Assembly (NCBI RefSeq): GCF_003324675.1
Contig: NZ_CP030918.1
Location: forward strand, 2,040,001 to 2,072,000
Direction: 5' to 3'
Length of the DNA stretch: 32,000 nucleotides
From: Paracoccus suum
GTDB lineage: Bacteria > Pseudomonadota > Alphaproteobacteria > Rhodobacterales > Rhodobacteraceae
Shown: positions 16,803 to 27,378 of the stretch, in pieces
Position numbering within the stretch: position 1 is the stretch's first letter
How the letters are laid out: every line of letters begins with the position of its first letter
Notes under the pieces: generated by a model
Database searches by the model: none
Told to the model about the DNA's origin: nothing
What the model saw: the letters and a program-made list of their open reading frames with translations, nothing else
Translations under genes and position numbers: made by a program

Positions 16803-17252
16803 TCAGCCTTTGGCCCGCTGCTTGCCGAACAGCACCAGCTGGTGGTCGACAATGTCATAGCCGAACCGGTCCGCGATCTTTTGTTGCAGGGCTTCAATCT
16901 CGGCCGACACGAACTCCATCACCGCGCCAGTGTCGACATCCACCAGATGGTCGTGATGCTGTTCGGCGACCTCGTAGCGGGCGCCGCCGGTGCCGAAGTT
17001 GTGGGTCCGCAAGTAGCCCTTGTCCGCCAGCACGGCGAGCGTGCGATAGGTGGTCGCCTGCGAGATGCTGGGGTCGATGGCGCGGGCGCGGGCCAGCACG
17101 GCCTCGGCGTCGGGATGGTCCCAGGCCAACAGCAGCACCTCGGCTATGGCTTGACGCGGCCGGGTGACGCGCAGTCCGGCGCCGGCCAACATGTGCTGGA
17201 TGATCGCCGCGCGCGCAACGGGATGGTCGGGGAGGCGCGTCGCGCGGGCCAT
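16803..17252 (-). CDS. Fur-family metalloregulator, probably the Mn-responsive Mur type
   Basis: Fur-like blocks are LRVTRPRQAIAEVLL, SQATTYRTLAVLADKGYL and HHDHLVDVDTGAVMEF, with no CxxC pairs. It is divergent from the Mn/Fe ABC operon. I chose ATG 17252 (149 aa). The longer options, 17333 and 17393, add a segment rich in rare codons (CCA x4, CCT, AGA, CAA; low GC3 over 17334-17393). Confidence 0.75.
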   Translation of the reverse strand: MARATRLPDHPVARAAIIQHMLAGAGLRVTRPRQAIAEVLLLAWDHPDAEAVLARARAIDPSISQATTYRTLAVLADKGYLRTHNFGTGGARYEVAEQHHDHLVDVDTGAVMEFVSAEIEALQQKIADRFGYDIVDHQLVLFGKQRAKG

Positions 17253-17367
17253 GGGCGAGGGCGGCGGCGAGGTTGGCCGCGCGGCGGGGCCTTGCGGCTC
17301 TGGTGGTCTGGCAGGTGGCTGGGCGTCCGACATGGCCAAAGTTTCGCATGCAGCTACGGTCAGCGCA

Positions 17368-17386
17368 ACTTGCAAGCTGTTTGCAT
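17368..17386. promoter_or_regulatory. TGCA-rich motif cluster that includes the perfect palindrome CTTGCAAG
   Basis: ACTTGCAAGCTGTTTGCAT carries the palindrome CTTGCAAG at 17369-17376 and a second TTGCA 5 nt later. It lies in the mur/sitA divergent region. Confidence 0.4.
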
Positions 17387-17394
17387 CTGTCATA

Positions 17395-17413
17395 GATGAT
17401 GCAAGTCATTCTC
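17395..17413. promoter_or_regulatory. Fur/Mur-box-like 19-mer upstream of sitA
   Basis: GATGATGCAAGTCATTCTC matches the classical Fur box GATAATGATAATCATTATC at 14 of 19 positions, counted by hand. It ends 2 nt before the sitA Shine-Dalgarno sequence. Confidence 0.5.
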
Positions 17414-17426
17414 AAAAGGAGGCGTT

Positions 17427-18338
17427 ATGGCGGGCGGGATCGGACGATTGGCGGCGGGGGTCGCGGCGCTGGCCTTGATGTCAGGGGCGGAAGCGGCGGG
17501 CCCGAACGGGAAGATGAAGGTCGTGACCACTTTCACGGTGCTGGCCGACATGGCACAGCATGTCGCCGGCGATCACGCCGAGGTCGTCTCGATCACCAAG
17601 CCCGGGGCCGAAATCCACGGCTACGAGCCGACGCCGCAGGACATTGTTCGCGCCAGCGATGCCGATCTGGTCCTGTGGAATGGCCTCGACTTGGAACTGT
17701 GGTTCACCCAGTTCCTCGAGGGGCTCGGGCCAAAACCGGCTGTCGTCGCCTCGGAAGGGATCGAGCCGATCCCGATCGGCGAGGGAAAATACCAGGGCAA
17801 GCCGAACCCCCATGCCTGGATGGGCCTGACCAATGCCGGCATCTATGTCGATAACATCGCCCGCGCCTTTGCCGCCCATGACCCTGCGAACGCGGCTGCC
17901 TATCAGGCCAATGCCGCGGCCTACAAGCAGACCCTGACCGATGCCATCGCTCCGCTGAAAGCCGAGATCGCGGCCCTGCCCGAGGATCGCCGCTGGCTTG
18001 TCAGTTGCGAGGGGGCGTTCAGCTATCTCGCGCGCGACCTCGGCATGCACGAGCTATATCTGTGGCCGATCAACGCCGACCAGATGGGCACCCCAAAGCA
18101 GGTGCGAAAGGTGGTTGACGGCGTGCGCGAGCACCAGATCCCCGCTGTGTTCTGCGAAAGCACGGTCAGCCAGAAGCCGGCTCAGCAGATCGCCCGCGAA
18201 ACCGGCGCGCATTACGGCGGCGTCCTCTATGTCGACAGCCTGTCCGAGGCGGGGGGCCCGGTGCCGAGCTATCTGGACCTGCTGAAGGTGACGACCGATA
18301 CAATCGCCAAGGGTCTGACAGAGGGCGCGGCCAAGTGA
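17427..18338 (+). CDS. sitA: Mn2+/Fe2+ ABC transporter substrate-binding protein (TroA-like cluster A-I; SitA/MntC/PsaA type)
   Basis: It has a signal peptide. The candidate ligand set is H (EIHGYEP), H (NPHAWM), E (SCEGAFSY) and D (LYVDSLS), which is the Mn/Fe-type H-H-E-D pattern and not the zinc pattern. An AAGGAGG Shine-Dalgarno sequence lies at 17416-17422. Confidence 0.85.
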   Translation: MAGGIGRLAAGVAALALMSGAEAAGPNGKMKVVTTFTVLADMAQHVAGDHAEVVSITKPGAEIHGYEPTPQDIVRASDADLVLWNGLDLELWFTQFLEGLGPKPAVVASEGIEPIPIGEGKYQGKPNPHAWMGLTNAGIYVDNIARAFAAHDPANAAAYQANAAAYKQTLTDAIAPLKAEIAALPEDRRWLVSCEGAFSYLARDLGMHELYLWPINADQMGTPKQVRKVVDGVREHQIPAVFCESTVSQKPAQQIARETGAHYGGVLYVDSLSEAGGPVPSYLDLLKVTTDTIAKGLTEGAAK

Positions 18339-19360
18339 GTCTTCCAACCGACGCGGACAGCAGGGCGGACAGGTTGCGTCAGGATGAATCGACCGGGCCG
18401 CTGATAACTCAGGCGTCGCCCGAGCCTCGGCGCGCCGCGGAGGATCAGTCGGGTTTCGACGGCATCGTCGCGCGCGATGTGACGGTTACCTACCGCAATG
18501 GCCATACTGCGCTGCACCACGCCAGCTTTGCCCTGCCGCGCGGCACGATCACTGCGCTCGTGGGTGTCAACGGGGCCGGGAAATCCACGCTGTTCAAGGC
18601 GATCATGGGGTTTGTTCCGGCCGGTGGCGGCAGCATAAGCCTGCTTGGCCGGCCGGTCTCGCAGGCGCTGCGCCAGAACCTGATAGCCTATGTCCCGCAG
18701 GCCGAGGAGGTCGACTGGTCCTTTCCGGTACTGGTCGAGGACGTTGTGATGATGGGCCGCTACGGCCACATGGGCCTGCTGCGCCGACCGCGCGCGTCGG
18801 ACCGGGCGGCCGTTGATGCCGCCTTGGCGCGGGTCGGCATGGCGGATTTCCGGCACCGCCAGATCGGCGAGTTGTCGGGCGGCCAGAAAAAGCGCGTGTT
18901 CCTGGCGCGCGCCCTCGCCCAGGACGGGCAGGTGATTCTGCTGGACGAGCCCTTCACCGGCGTCGATGTCCTGACCGAAGAACAGATCATCGCCCTGCTG
19001 CGCGATCTGCGGGCCGAGGGGCGGGTGATGCTGGTCAGCACCCACAACCTCGGCTCGGTCCCCGAGTTCTGCGACCGGGTGGTGATGGTCAAGGGAACGG
19101 TCCTTGCGGCCGGACCAACCGCGAGCACCTTTACCCACGATAACCTCGAGGCGGCGTTCGGCGGCGCCTTGCGGCGCGTGACGCTGGGCGGCTCGGACCT
19201 GCACCACGACGCCGGCGACGACGCCCGTCGCCTGACCATCCTGACCGATGACGAGCGTCCTTTCGTCCATTACGGCCAACCCGGAGACAATGGCGTGACC
19301 GAGCCGCCCGGTCCGGGCGCCACTGAGGCGCACGAGGCTGCGCCGCGAGGCCGGCCATGA
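18335..19360 (+). CDS. sitB: Mn/Fe ABC transporter ATP-binding protein (SitB-like)
   Basis: Motifs seen: [35 protein letters not shown] and STHNL. GTG 18335 overlaps the sitA stop (GTGA). The first ~40 codons have weaker coding bias, so the start is uncertain. Confidence 0.85.
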   Translation: MSLPTDADSRADRLRQDESTGPLITQASPEPRRAAEDQSGFDGIVARDVTVTYRNGHTALHHASFALPRGTITALVGVNGAGKSTLFKAIMGFVPAGGGSISLLGRPVSQALRQNLIAYVPQAEEVDWSFPVLVEDVVMMGRYGHMGLLRRPRASDRAAVDAALARVGMADFRHRQIGELSGGQKKRVFLARALAQDGQVILLDEPFTGVDVLTEEQIIALLRDLRAEGRVMLVSTHNLGSVPEFCDRVVMVKGTVLAAGPTASTFTHDNLEAAFGGALRRVTLGGSDLHHDAGDDARRLTILTDDERPFVHYGQPGDNGVTEPPGPGATEAHEAAPRGRP

Positions 19361-20220
19361 GCGTGCTGCTCGAACCCTTCGCCTATGGCTACATGATCAA
19401 CGCGATCTGGGTCTCGGCCATGGTCGGGGGGGTCTGCGCCTTTTTGTCCTGCTACCTGATGCTCAAGGGCTGGTCCCTGATCGGCGACGCGCTGAGCCAT
19501 TCGGTCGTCCCCGGCGTCGCGGTCGCGCAGCTGTTGGGCCTGCCCTTTGCTCTCGGCGCCTTTGTCGCCGGGGCCCTCGCGGCAGGCTCGATGCTGTTTC
19601 TGTCGGACCGCTCGGGCCTGAAGACCGACGTGGTGATCGGGCTGATCTTCACCGCGTTCTTCGGGTTGGGGTTGTTCATCCCCTCAATCAACCCGATGGC
19701 GATCAGCATCCAGACCATTACCCAAGGCAATATCCTGGCCATCACCCCCGGCGACACGCTGCAACTGGCGCTGATTGGCGGCGTCACGATGGCGGTCCTG
19801 CTGCTGCGCTGGAAGGACCTGATGGTGGTCTTCTTCGACGAGACGCACGCCCGCGCCGTTGGTCTGCGGCCGCCCCTTCTGAAGGGGCTGTTCTTTGCCC
19901 TTCTGGCGGCCAGCGTGGTGGCGGCGATGCAGACCGTCGGCGCCTTTCTGGTGATCGCCCTCGTCGTCACGCCGGGCGCCACTGCCTATCTGCTGTGCGA
20001 GCGGTTTCCACGCCTGCTGATGCTGGCCGTAGCGATAGGTACCCTGACCTGCGCGCTGGGCGCCTATGTGAGCTATTTCCTCGACGGCGCGACAGGCGGC
20101 GTCATCGTCGTGCTGCAGACGCTGCTGTTCCTTGCCGCCTTCACCTTTTCGCCGCGGCACGGCTGGGTGGCGGCGCGCGCCCGCGCCAGAGCCGCCCTGA
20201 GTGAGGGGGCCGCGGCATGA
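19357..20220 (+). CDS. sitC: Mn/Fe ABC transporter permease (ABC-3 family, SitC-like)
   Basis: A 287-aa polytopic protein that is paralogous to the next gene ([19 protein letters not shown] versus LKGWALLGDAASHATMPGV). It has an ATGA overlap with sitB. Confidence 0.85.
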   Translation: MSVLLEPFAYGYMINAIWVSAMVGGVCAFLSCYLMLKGWSLIGDALSHSVVPGVAVAQLLGLPFALGAFVAGALAAGSMLFLSDRSGLKTDVVIGLIFTAFFGLGLFIPSINPMAISIQTITQGNILAITPGDTLQLALIGGVTMAVLLLRWKDLMVVFFDETHARAVGLRPPLLKGLFFALLAASVVAAMQTVGAFLVIALVVTPGATAYLLCERFPRLLMLAVAIGTLTCALGAYVSYFLDGATGGVIVVLQTLLFLAAFTFSPRHGWVAARARARAALSEGAAA

Positions 20221-21050
20221 GCGTCGAAGCCCTGCTGCAACCGCTGCAGTTCCCCTTCATGCAGAACGCCTATCTGGCGGCGCTGCTGATCTCGCCCGGC
20301 GCGGCGATGCTGTCGTGTTTTCTTGTCCTCAAGGGCTGGGCGCTGCTCGGCGATGCCGCCAGCCATGCGACCATGCCCGGGGTCGTGATCGCCTACCTTC
20401 TGGGTCTGCCCTACGGATTGGGCGGGTTCCTCGCCGCAATGGCCTGCGCGCTGTCGGTTGGGTTTCTGGCCAGCAACAGCCGCATCAAGGCCGACACCGC
20501 CATGGGCATCGTCTTTTCCGGTATGTTTGCCCTTGGCTTGGTCATTCACGCCTGGACCGGATCGAGCATCCACCTCGACCACATCCTGTTCGGCAACATG
20601 CTGGGTATCGACCGCCAGGAGCTGCTGACCAGCGGGCTGATCGGCCTTGGCGTCGCGGCGGTGCTGGCGCTCAAATGGCGCGATCTGCTGCTGTTCAGCT
20701 TTGATCCGATACAGGCGCGGGCCAGCGGGCTGCGCACCGGCTGGCTGCATTACGGGTTGCTGGTCATGCTCGCGGGGGTGATCGTGGCGATGCTGGCCTC
20801 GGTCGGGCTGATCCTCGCGGTCGGCCTGCTGATCGCGCCAGGGGCCATCGCTTTCCTGCTGGCGCGGCGCTTTGCCGCCATGATGGCGGTTGCAGTGGCG
20901 GTCTGCCTCGCCGCGACGCTGGGCGGGGTCCACGCCAGCTTTTATCTCGACAGCGCACCGGCGCCGACAATCGTACTGATCCTGACGGCGATGTTCCTCG
21001 CTGCGTTTGCACGGCGGATGGTCGTGACACGCAGGGCCAGCCGCGCCTGA
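20217..21050 (+). CDS. sitD: Mn/Fe ABC transporter permease (ABC-3 family, SitD-like)
   Basis: A 277-aa polytopic protein of ABC-3 layout, with an ATGA overlap with sitC. Confidence 0.85.
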   Translation: MSVEALLQPLQFPFMQNAYLAALLISPGAAMLSCFLVLKGWALLGDAASHATMPGVVIAYLLGLPYGLGGFLAAMACALSVGFLASNSRIKADTAMGIVFSGMFALGLVIHAWTGSSIHLDHILFGNMLGIDRQELLTSGLIGLGVAAVLALKWRDLLLFSFDPIQARASGLRTGWLHYGLLVMLAGVIVAMLASVGLILAVGLLIAPGAIAFLLARRFAAMMAVAVAVCLAATLGGVHASFYLDSAPAPTIVLILTAMFLAAFARRMVVTRRASRA

Positions 21051-21070
21051 TGCGGGCAATGGTCGCCGGA

Positions 21071-21088
21071 CTGTCATAATTCCGCCAT
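21071..21088 (+). promoter_or_regulatory. Pho-box-like direct repeat upstream of ppk1
   Basis: CTGTCAT-AATT-CCGCCAT compared with the consensus CTGTCAT-N4-CTGTCAT gives 7/7 and 5/7 matches with the correct 11-bp phasing. It lies ~100 nt upstream of ATG 21182. Confidence 0.4.
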
Positions 21089-21093
21089 CAACC

Positions 21094-21113
21094 CCGGCGA
21101 CAAGCGTCGCCGG
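21094..21113 (+). terminator. Stem-loop after sitD (possible terminator or 5'-UTR element of ppk1)
   Basis: CCGGCGAC-AAGC-GTCGCCGG forms a perfect 8-bp stem with no U-tract. A third copy of the arm, GTCGCCGG at 21062-21069, could pair with 21094-21101 instead. Confidence 0.35.
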
Positions 21114-21181
21114 AACGCTCACCCCCGCCGGTCACGCGTTCTGCCTTGCTTTTCAGCGCTGTTGGCCCAAAAAAATCGATC

Positions 21182-23347
<2,166 letters not shown>

Positions 23348-23465
23348 CGGTCGCCGGGCGCAGCGCACATCCGCTCTGCGCTCGGTGCCGACTGACGCCG
23401 GGTCATCGGCTCCGCACTTGCGCCGCGATCTTGCCAGCCTGCCACGCCATAGCTACGAGGCCGAC

Positions 23466-24977
23466 ATGACACGTCCCCAAGCCGACGGCATTGCAAACCT
23501 CCTCCTTGACCCTTCGGCCCGGGCGCTGAGCCGGGTGGGGGTGGTGGACGTAGGATCGAACTCGATCCGCATGGTGGTGTTCGACGGGGCGGCCCGCTCA
23601 CCTGCCTATTTCTACAACGAAAAGGTCATGGCCGGCCTTGGCGCGGGGCTTTCGACCAGCGGCCGCCTGAACCCAGAGGGTGTCGTGCGCGGCCTGGCGG
23701 CGCTGCGCCGCTTTGCGACGCTCGCCGACGGCATGGGCCTTGCGCCCCTGACCTGCGTCGCCACGGCCGCTGTGCGCGACGCCGAGGATGGTCCCGCGTT
23801 CCGCGAGCAGGTCGAGGCCGAGACGGGGCTTAAGCTAATCGTCATCGATGGCGAGGAAGAGGCGCGTCTGTCGGCCCAGGGCGTGTTGCTGGGCTGGCCC
23901 GATGCCAAGGGGCTTGTGTGCGACATCGGCGGCAACAGCATGGAACTGGCCGAGGTCGAGGGCGGCAAGATCGGACGCCGTGTCAGCTCTCCTCTGGGGC
24001 CGTTCCGCCTGCAGCAGGTCAAGGGCGGCAAGGCCGGATTGCGAAAATATATCAAAGAGGTGCTAGAGGATCTTGCGAGCAAGATGGGCACCGACTACGA
24101 GCGCATCTACCTGGTCGGCGGCAGCTGGCGGGCGATTGCGCGGCTCGACATGGAACGCCGCAACTACCCGATGACGGTGCTGCATGAATACCGCATGTCG
24201 CCGGACGACATCGCCGCGACGGTCAAGGTCATCGCTGACACCCAGATCTCGAACCTCAAGGGCAAGAGCGGCATCTCCAACTCGAGGCTCGAACTGGTCC
24301 CACTGGCGGCCGAGGTGCTTCGGCAATTGTCGGCCACCTTTGCGCCGGCCGAGTTCGCTGTTTCGTCCTACGGGATTCGCGAGGGGTTGCTGTACGAGCA
24401 GATGGCCCCCGACCTTCGCCGGCGCGACCCGCTGATCGAGGCTGCACGCTTTGCCGAGGCCCATATGGCGCGCATGCCCGGGTTTGGCAAAAAACTGCAC
24501 AAGTTCTTGTTGCCGCTGTTCGCCGACGCGCCGCCGGAGCGCGCCCGGCTGAACCTGGCTGCCTGTTATCTGCACGACACCACCTGGCGTGCGCACCCCG
24601 ACTACCGCGCCGAGGCCTGTTTCGACAATGTCACGCGCGCCAACATGGCGGCGATGAGTCATTCGGAACGTGTGTTCCTGGGCGTTGCCCTGCTGCACCG
24701 ATATCGGTCCAGCCGTTCCGGATCGCCCATGGCCGAACTCTTCGACATGCTGAGCCCGGAAGAGCTCCGCGAGGCCGAGGTGCTGGGCAAGGCGATGCGG
24801 TTCGGGGCGATGTTCTCGGTCGACGATCCCGCCCGCGCTGGCAAGCTGTCGCTGCAGCCGGGCAAACTGCGCCTGAAGCTGAGCAAGATCGGGCGCGATC
24901 TGATGGGTGAGGTCGCGCTGGCGCGTTTTGAATCGCTGGCCGCCGCGCTGCAACTGGAGGCCGAGGTCGCCCTCTAG
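23466..24977 (+). CDS. ppx: Exopolyphosphatase (Ppx/GppA family)
   Basis: ASKHA-fold motifs are VVDVGSNSIRMVVFDG, CDIGGNSMEL and YLVGGSWRA. It lies immediately downstream of ppk1. A GAGG sequence sits 5 nt before ATG 23466, and GTG 23385 is an alternative start. Confidence 0.88.
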   Translation: MTRPQADGIANLLLDPSARALSRVGVVDVGSNSIRMVVFDGAARSPAYFYNEKVMAGLGAGLSTSGRLNPEGVVRGLAALRRFATLADGMGLAPLTCVATAAVRDAEDGPAFREQVEAETGLKLIVIDGEEEARLSAQGVLLGWPDAKGLVCDIGGNSMELAEVEGGKIGRRVSSPLGPFRLQQVKGGKAGLRKYIKEVLEDLASKMGTDYERIYLVGGSWRAIARLDMERRNYPMTVLHEYRMSPDDIAATVKVIADTQISNLKGKSGISNSRLELVPLAAEVLRQLSATFAPAEFAVSSYGIREGLLYEQMAPDLRRRDPLIEAARFAEAHMARMPGFGKKLHKFLLPLFADAPPERARLNLAACYLHDTTWRAHPDYRAEACFDNVTRANMAAMSHSERVFLGVALLHRYRSSRSGSPMAELFDMLSPEELREAEVLGKAMRFGAMFSVDDPARAGKLSLQPGKLRLKLSKIGRDLMGEVALARFESLAAALQLEAEVAL

Positions 24978-25021
24978 CGCTGCGCCGCGGCTAAAGTCCA
25001 AAAGGGCCGACTAGCGCTGCG
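24974..25021 (+). repeat. Exact 11-bp direct repeat CTAGCGCTGCG, two copies
   Basis: The copies are at 24974-24984 (which contains the ppx TAG stop) and 25011-25021, spaced 37 bp apart. Confidence 0.8.
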
Positions 25022-25048
25022 TTGCAGTTGGGGTCGCAGTCGCTTCTT
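25014..25048 (+). terminator. Probable terminator in the convergent ppx / cinA gap
   Basis: GCGCTGCG, a 13-nt loop, then CGCAG(T)CGC form an 8-bp stem with one bulge, followed by TTCTT. Confidence 0.4.
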
Positions 25049-25058
25049 GCGCCTCCTG

Positions 25059-25586
25059 TCAGTCCGCGCTGTCGTGATCAGCCTCTGGCCCTGAGCCTTC
25101 GCCGCTGTGGTCCGGCATCTCTTTCAATGCGGCGGTCATCATCTCTACCGCATGGGCGACGCTCGCCTCGCGGACCTTGTCGCGGCCGCGGGGGCCGAAC
25201 TCGACGGTTTCCGTGCGCGTGCCGGCCTCGGTCGCAACGCCAAAGCAGACCCGGCCCTCGGGCTTGTGTTCGCTGCCGCCCGGACCCGCGATCCCCGTCA
25301 CCGACACAGCCAGCCGCGCATTGCTGCGCGTCAGGGCGCCGATGGCCATCTGCCGGGCCACGGCCTCGCTGACCGCGCCCTCGGTCTCCAGTGTCCGGGG
25401 TTCGACGCCCAGCAGTTCGATCTTGGCGTCGTTGGAGTAGGTGACAAAGCCGCGCTCGAAGGCTGCCGACGAGCCGGGGGCCGCAGTCAGCCGCGCCGAC
25501 AGCAGCCCGCCGGTGCAGCTTTCCGCAGTGGCGACCGATACGCCCTTGCGGAGCGCGAGGTCCAGCAGTGACTGGGGATCGCTCAT
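25059..25586 (-). CDS. CinA-family protein (PncC-type nicotinamide-nucleotide amidohydrolase domain)
   Basis: Motifs ATAESCTGGLLSARLT and TGIAGPGG are present. ATG 25586 overlaps the pgpA stop (ATGA). The track start at 25655 lies inside pgpA. Confidence 0.85.
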   Translation of the reverse strand: MSDPQSLLDLALRKGVSVATAESCTGGLLSARLTAAPGSSAAFERGFVTYSNDAKIELLGVEPRTLETEGAVSEAVARQMAIGALTRSNARLAVSVTGIAGPGGSEHKPEGRVCFGVATEAGTRTETVEFGPRGRDKVREASVAHAVEMMTAALKEMPDHSGEGSGPEADHDSAD

Positions 25587-26077
25587 GGCAGCAGCACCAG
25601 ATGCGACAGCGCGGCCGCGAGGATGGTGCAGAGTGCCGCCATCGCGCCGGCCCACAAGTCATCCTCCATCACCGAATTGGCCGTGCCGCGGCGATCGGCG
25701 CGCCCGACCAGCCATGGCTTCCAGATGTCGAACAGGCGAAAGAACAGGAACGCCGCCACCCAGCCGGGATAGGGAAAGCGGTCGGCCGGTAGTCCCGCGA
25801 ACCAGAATCCGGCCGAGGGCGCGCAGAGCGCGATCCACTGGCCGGCCATCTCGTCGATGACAATTTCCGGGCGGTCCTTGTCGGTCATGCCGGCGGTATA
25901 GCGGCGCACCGACCAGAAGCCGGCAATGATCACGACGACTGTGCCCGCCGCCAGCAGCGGGAAATGCCCGATGCGGTGCAGCGCCAGCCCCAGCAGCACG
26001 GCGACCGCCGAGGCGACCGTGCCGGAAGCCGGCCTAACCCAGCCGATGCCGCCCATGGTGGCGATGAAACGGTCCAT
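25583..26077 (-). CDS. pgpA: Phosphatidylglycerophosphatase A
   Basis: A 164-aa membrane protein with IDEMAGQW and RLFDIWKPW blocks. Confidence 0.85.
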   Translation of the reverse strand: MDRFIATMGGIGWVRPASGTVASAVAVLLGLALHRIGHFPLLAAGTVVVIIAGFWSVRRYTAGMTDKDRPEIVIDEMAGQWIALCAPSAGFWFAGLPADRFPYPGWVAAFLFFRLFDIWKPWLVGRADRRGTANSVMEDDLWAGAMAALCTILAAALSHLVLLP

Positions 26078-26080
26078 GCC

Positions 26081-27217
26081 TCAGTTCCCGATCAAGGTTG
26101 CGGTGGCGATGGCGGCAATGCCCTCGCCCCGGCCGGTGAAACCCAGCCGCTCGCTTGTGGTTGCCTTGACGCTGATGCGGCCGGGCTCGCAGCCGAGGAT
26201 TTCCGCCAGCCGGCTCCGCATCGCGGCGGCATGGGGTCCGATCTTGGGTGCCTCGCAGATCAGCGTCACATCGGCATTGCCGAGGCGATACCCACGGGCG
26301 GCGGCGATCTCGGCCGCGCGTGCAAGGAAGATGGCGCTGTCGGCACCTTTCCATTGCGCGTCGCTGGGCGGGAAATGGCGGCCGATGTCGCCCTCCGCCA
26401 AGGCGCCGAGGATGGCATCGGTCAGCGCGTGCATCCCCACATCGGCGTCGGAATGGCCGACCAGCCCGTGGCTATGGGGCAGGCGCAGGCCGCACAGGGT
26501 GACATGATCCCCCGGCCCAAGCGCATGCACGTCAAAGCCGTTACCCATGCGAACATCCATCGCGTGCCCCCCAAGCAGTCGCTCGGCGCGGGCGAGATCG
26601 TCCGGCCAGGTGATCTTCAGATTGTCCTCGCAGCCCGGCGTCAGCGTGACCTCCAACCCGTTGCGCAGGGCAAGTTCGACATCATCGGCAGCCCCCTCCG
26701 GATGCGCGCGATGCGCGGCGAGGATTGCGTCCAGCGCAAAGCCCTGCGGGGTCTGCGCGCGGGCCAGGTTGTCGCGTGGCGTCGCGGCGACGATGCGCGT
26801 GCCCTCGGTCCGCCACAGGGCGTCGGTCACCGGCAGGCCCGGCGCGGCAGCGGGCGCGCCGCCCGACAGCGCGGCGATCACCCCGTCGATCACGACCGGC
26901 GACACCAACGGCCGGGCGCCGTCATGGATCAGCACATGCGTGACGTCCGAGCCCTCCAGCACCTCGAGCGCGGCACGCACGCTGGCCGAGCGTGTCTCGC
27001 CCCCGGCGACCAGCACCGCGGTGCCGGCAAACAGCGCAACGCCTTCCGCCATGTCGTCCGGATGCAGCACGATGATACAACACGCGGCGCGGCCTTCGAA
27101 TGCGGCGGCGGCACGCGCCAGCACTGTCTGGCCGGCCAGGTTACGCCATTGTTTTGGCGCGCCCGGCCCGCAGCGCAGGCCGCGCCCGGCGGCGGTGATG
27201 ATGGCGGCGATTTTCAT
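26081..27217 (-). CDS. ispDF: Bifunctional 2-C-methyl-D-erythritol 4-phosphate cytidylyltransferase / 2-C-methyl-D-erythritol 2,4-cyclodiphosphate synthase
   Basis: The N-terminal IspD region shows AAGRGLRCG. The C-terminal IspF region shows GNGFDVHAL and [19 protein letters not shown]. At 378 aa it is the fused form typical of alphaproteobacteria. Confidence 0.92.
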   Translation of the reverse strand: MKIAAIITAAGRGLRCGPGAPKQWRNLAGQTVLARAAAAFEGRAACCIIVLHPDDMAEGVALFAGTAVLVAGGETRSASVRAALEVLEGSDVTHVLIHDGARPLVSPVVIDGVIAALSGGAPAAAPGLPVTDALWRTEGTRIVAATPRDNLARAQTPQGFALDAILAAHRAHPEGAADDVELALRNGLEVTLTPGCEDNLKITWPDDLARAERLLGGHAMDVRMGNGFDVHALGPGDHVTLCGLRLPHSHGLVGHSDADVGMHALTDAILGALAEGDIGRHFPPSDAQWKGADSAIFLARAAEIAAARGYRLGNADVTLICEAPKIGPHAAAMRSRLAEILGCEPGRISVKATTSERLGFTGRGEGIAAIATATLIGN

Positions 27218-27378
27218 GCGCGAGGATTAGGCGATGGCGGGGAAGGGTGCAATTGCGCCTTGGCCGCAGGCCGCCTCGCTCAGCCCTGACAGGCCAAAGG
27301 CAGGCCGGACCCTTTCCCTCGGGCAAGGATGCCCTTATGTCAGCCCAAATCCATCCTGCACAGCGGAGAGCTTTTGCC

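Noticed and set aside
17253-17393. The longer N-terminus of the Fur-family ORF (track start 17393, alternative ATG 17333).
   Set aside because: The first 20 codons have about 50% GC3. The next stretch uses rare CCA, CCT, AGA and CAA codons. The extension would also run through the Fur-box-like and TGCA motifs. A 149-aa product from ATG 17252 fits the family size. This still needs checking by alignment.
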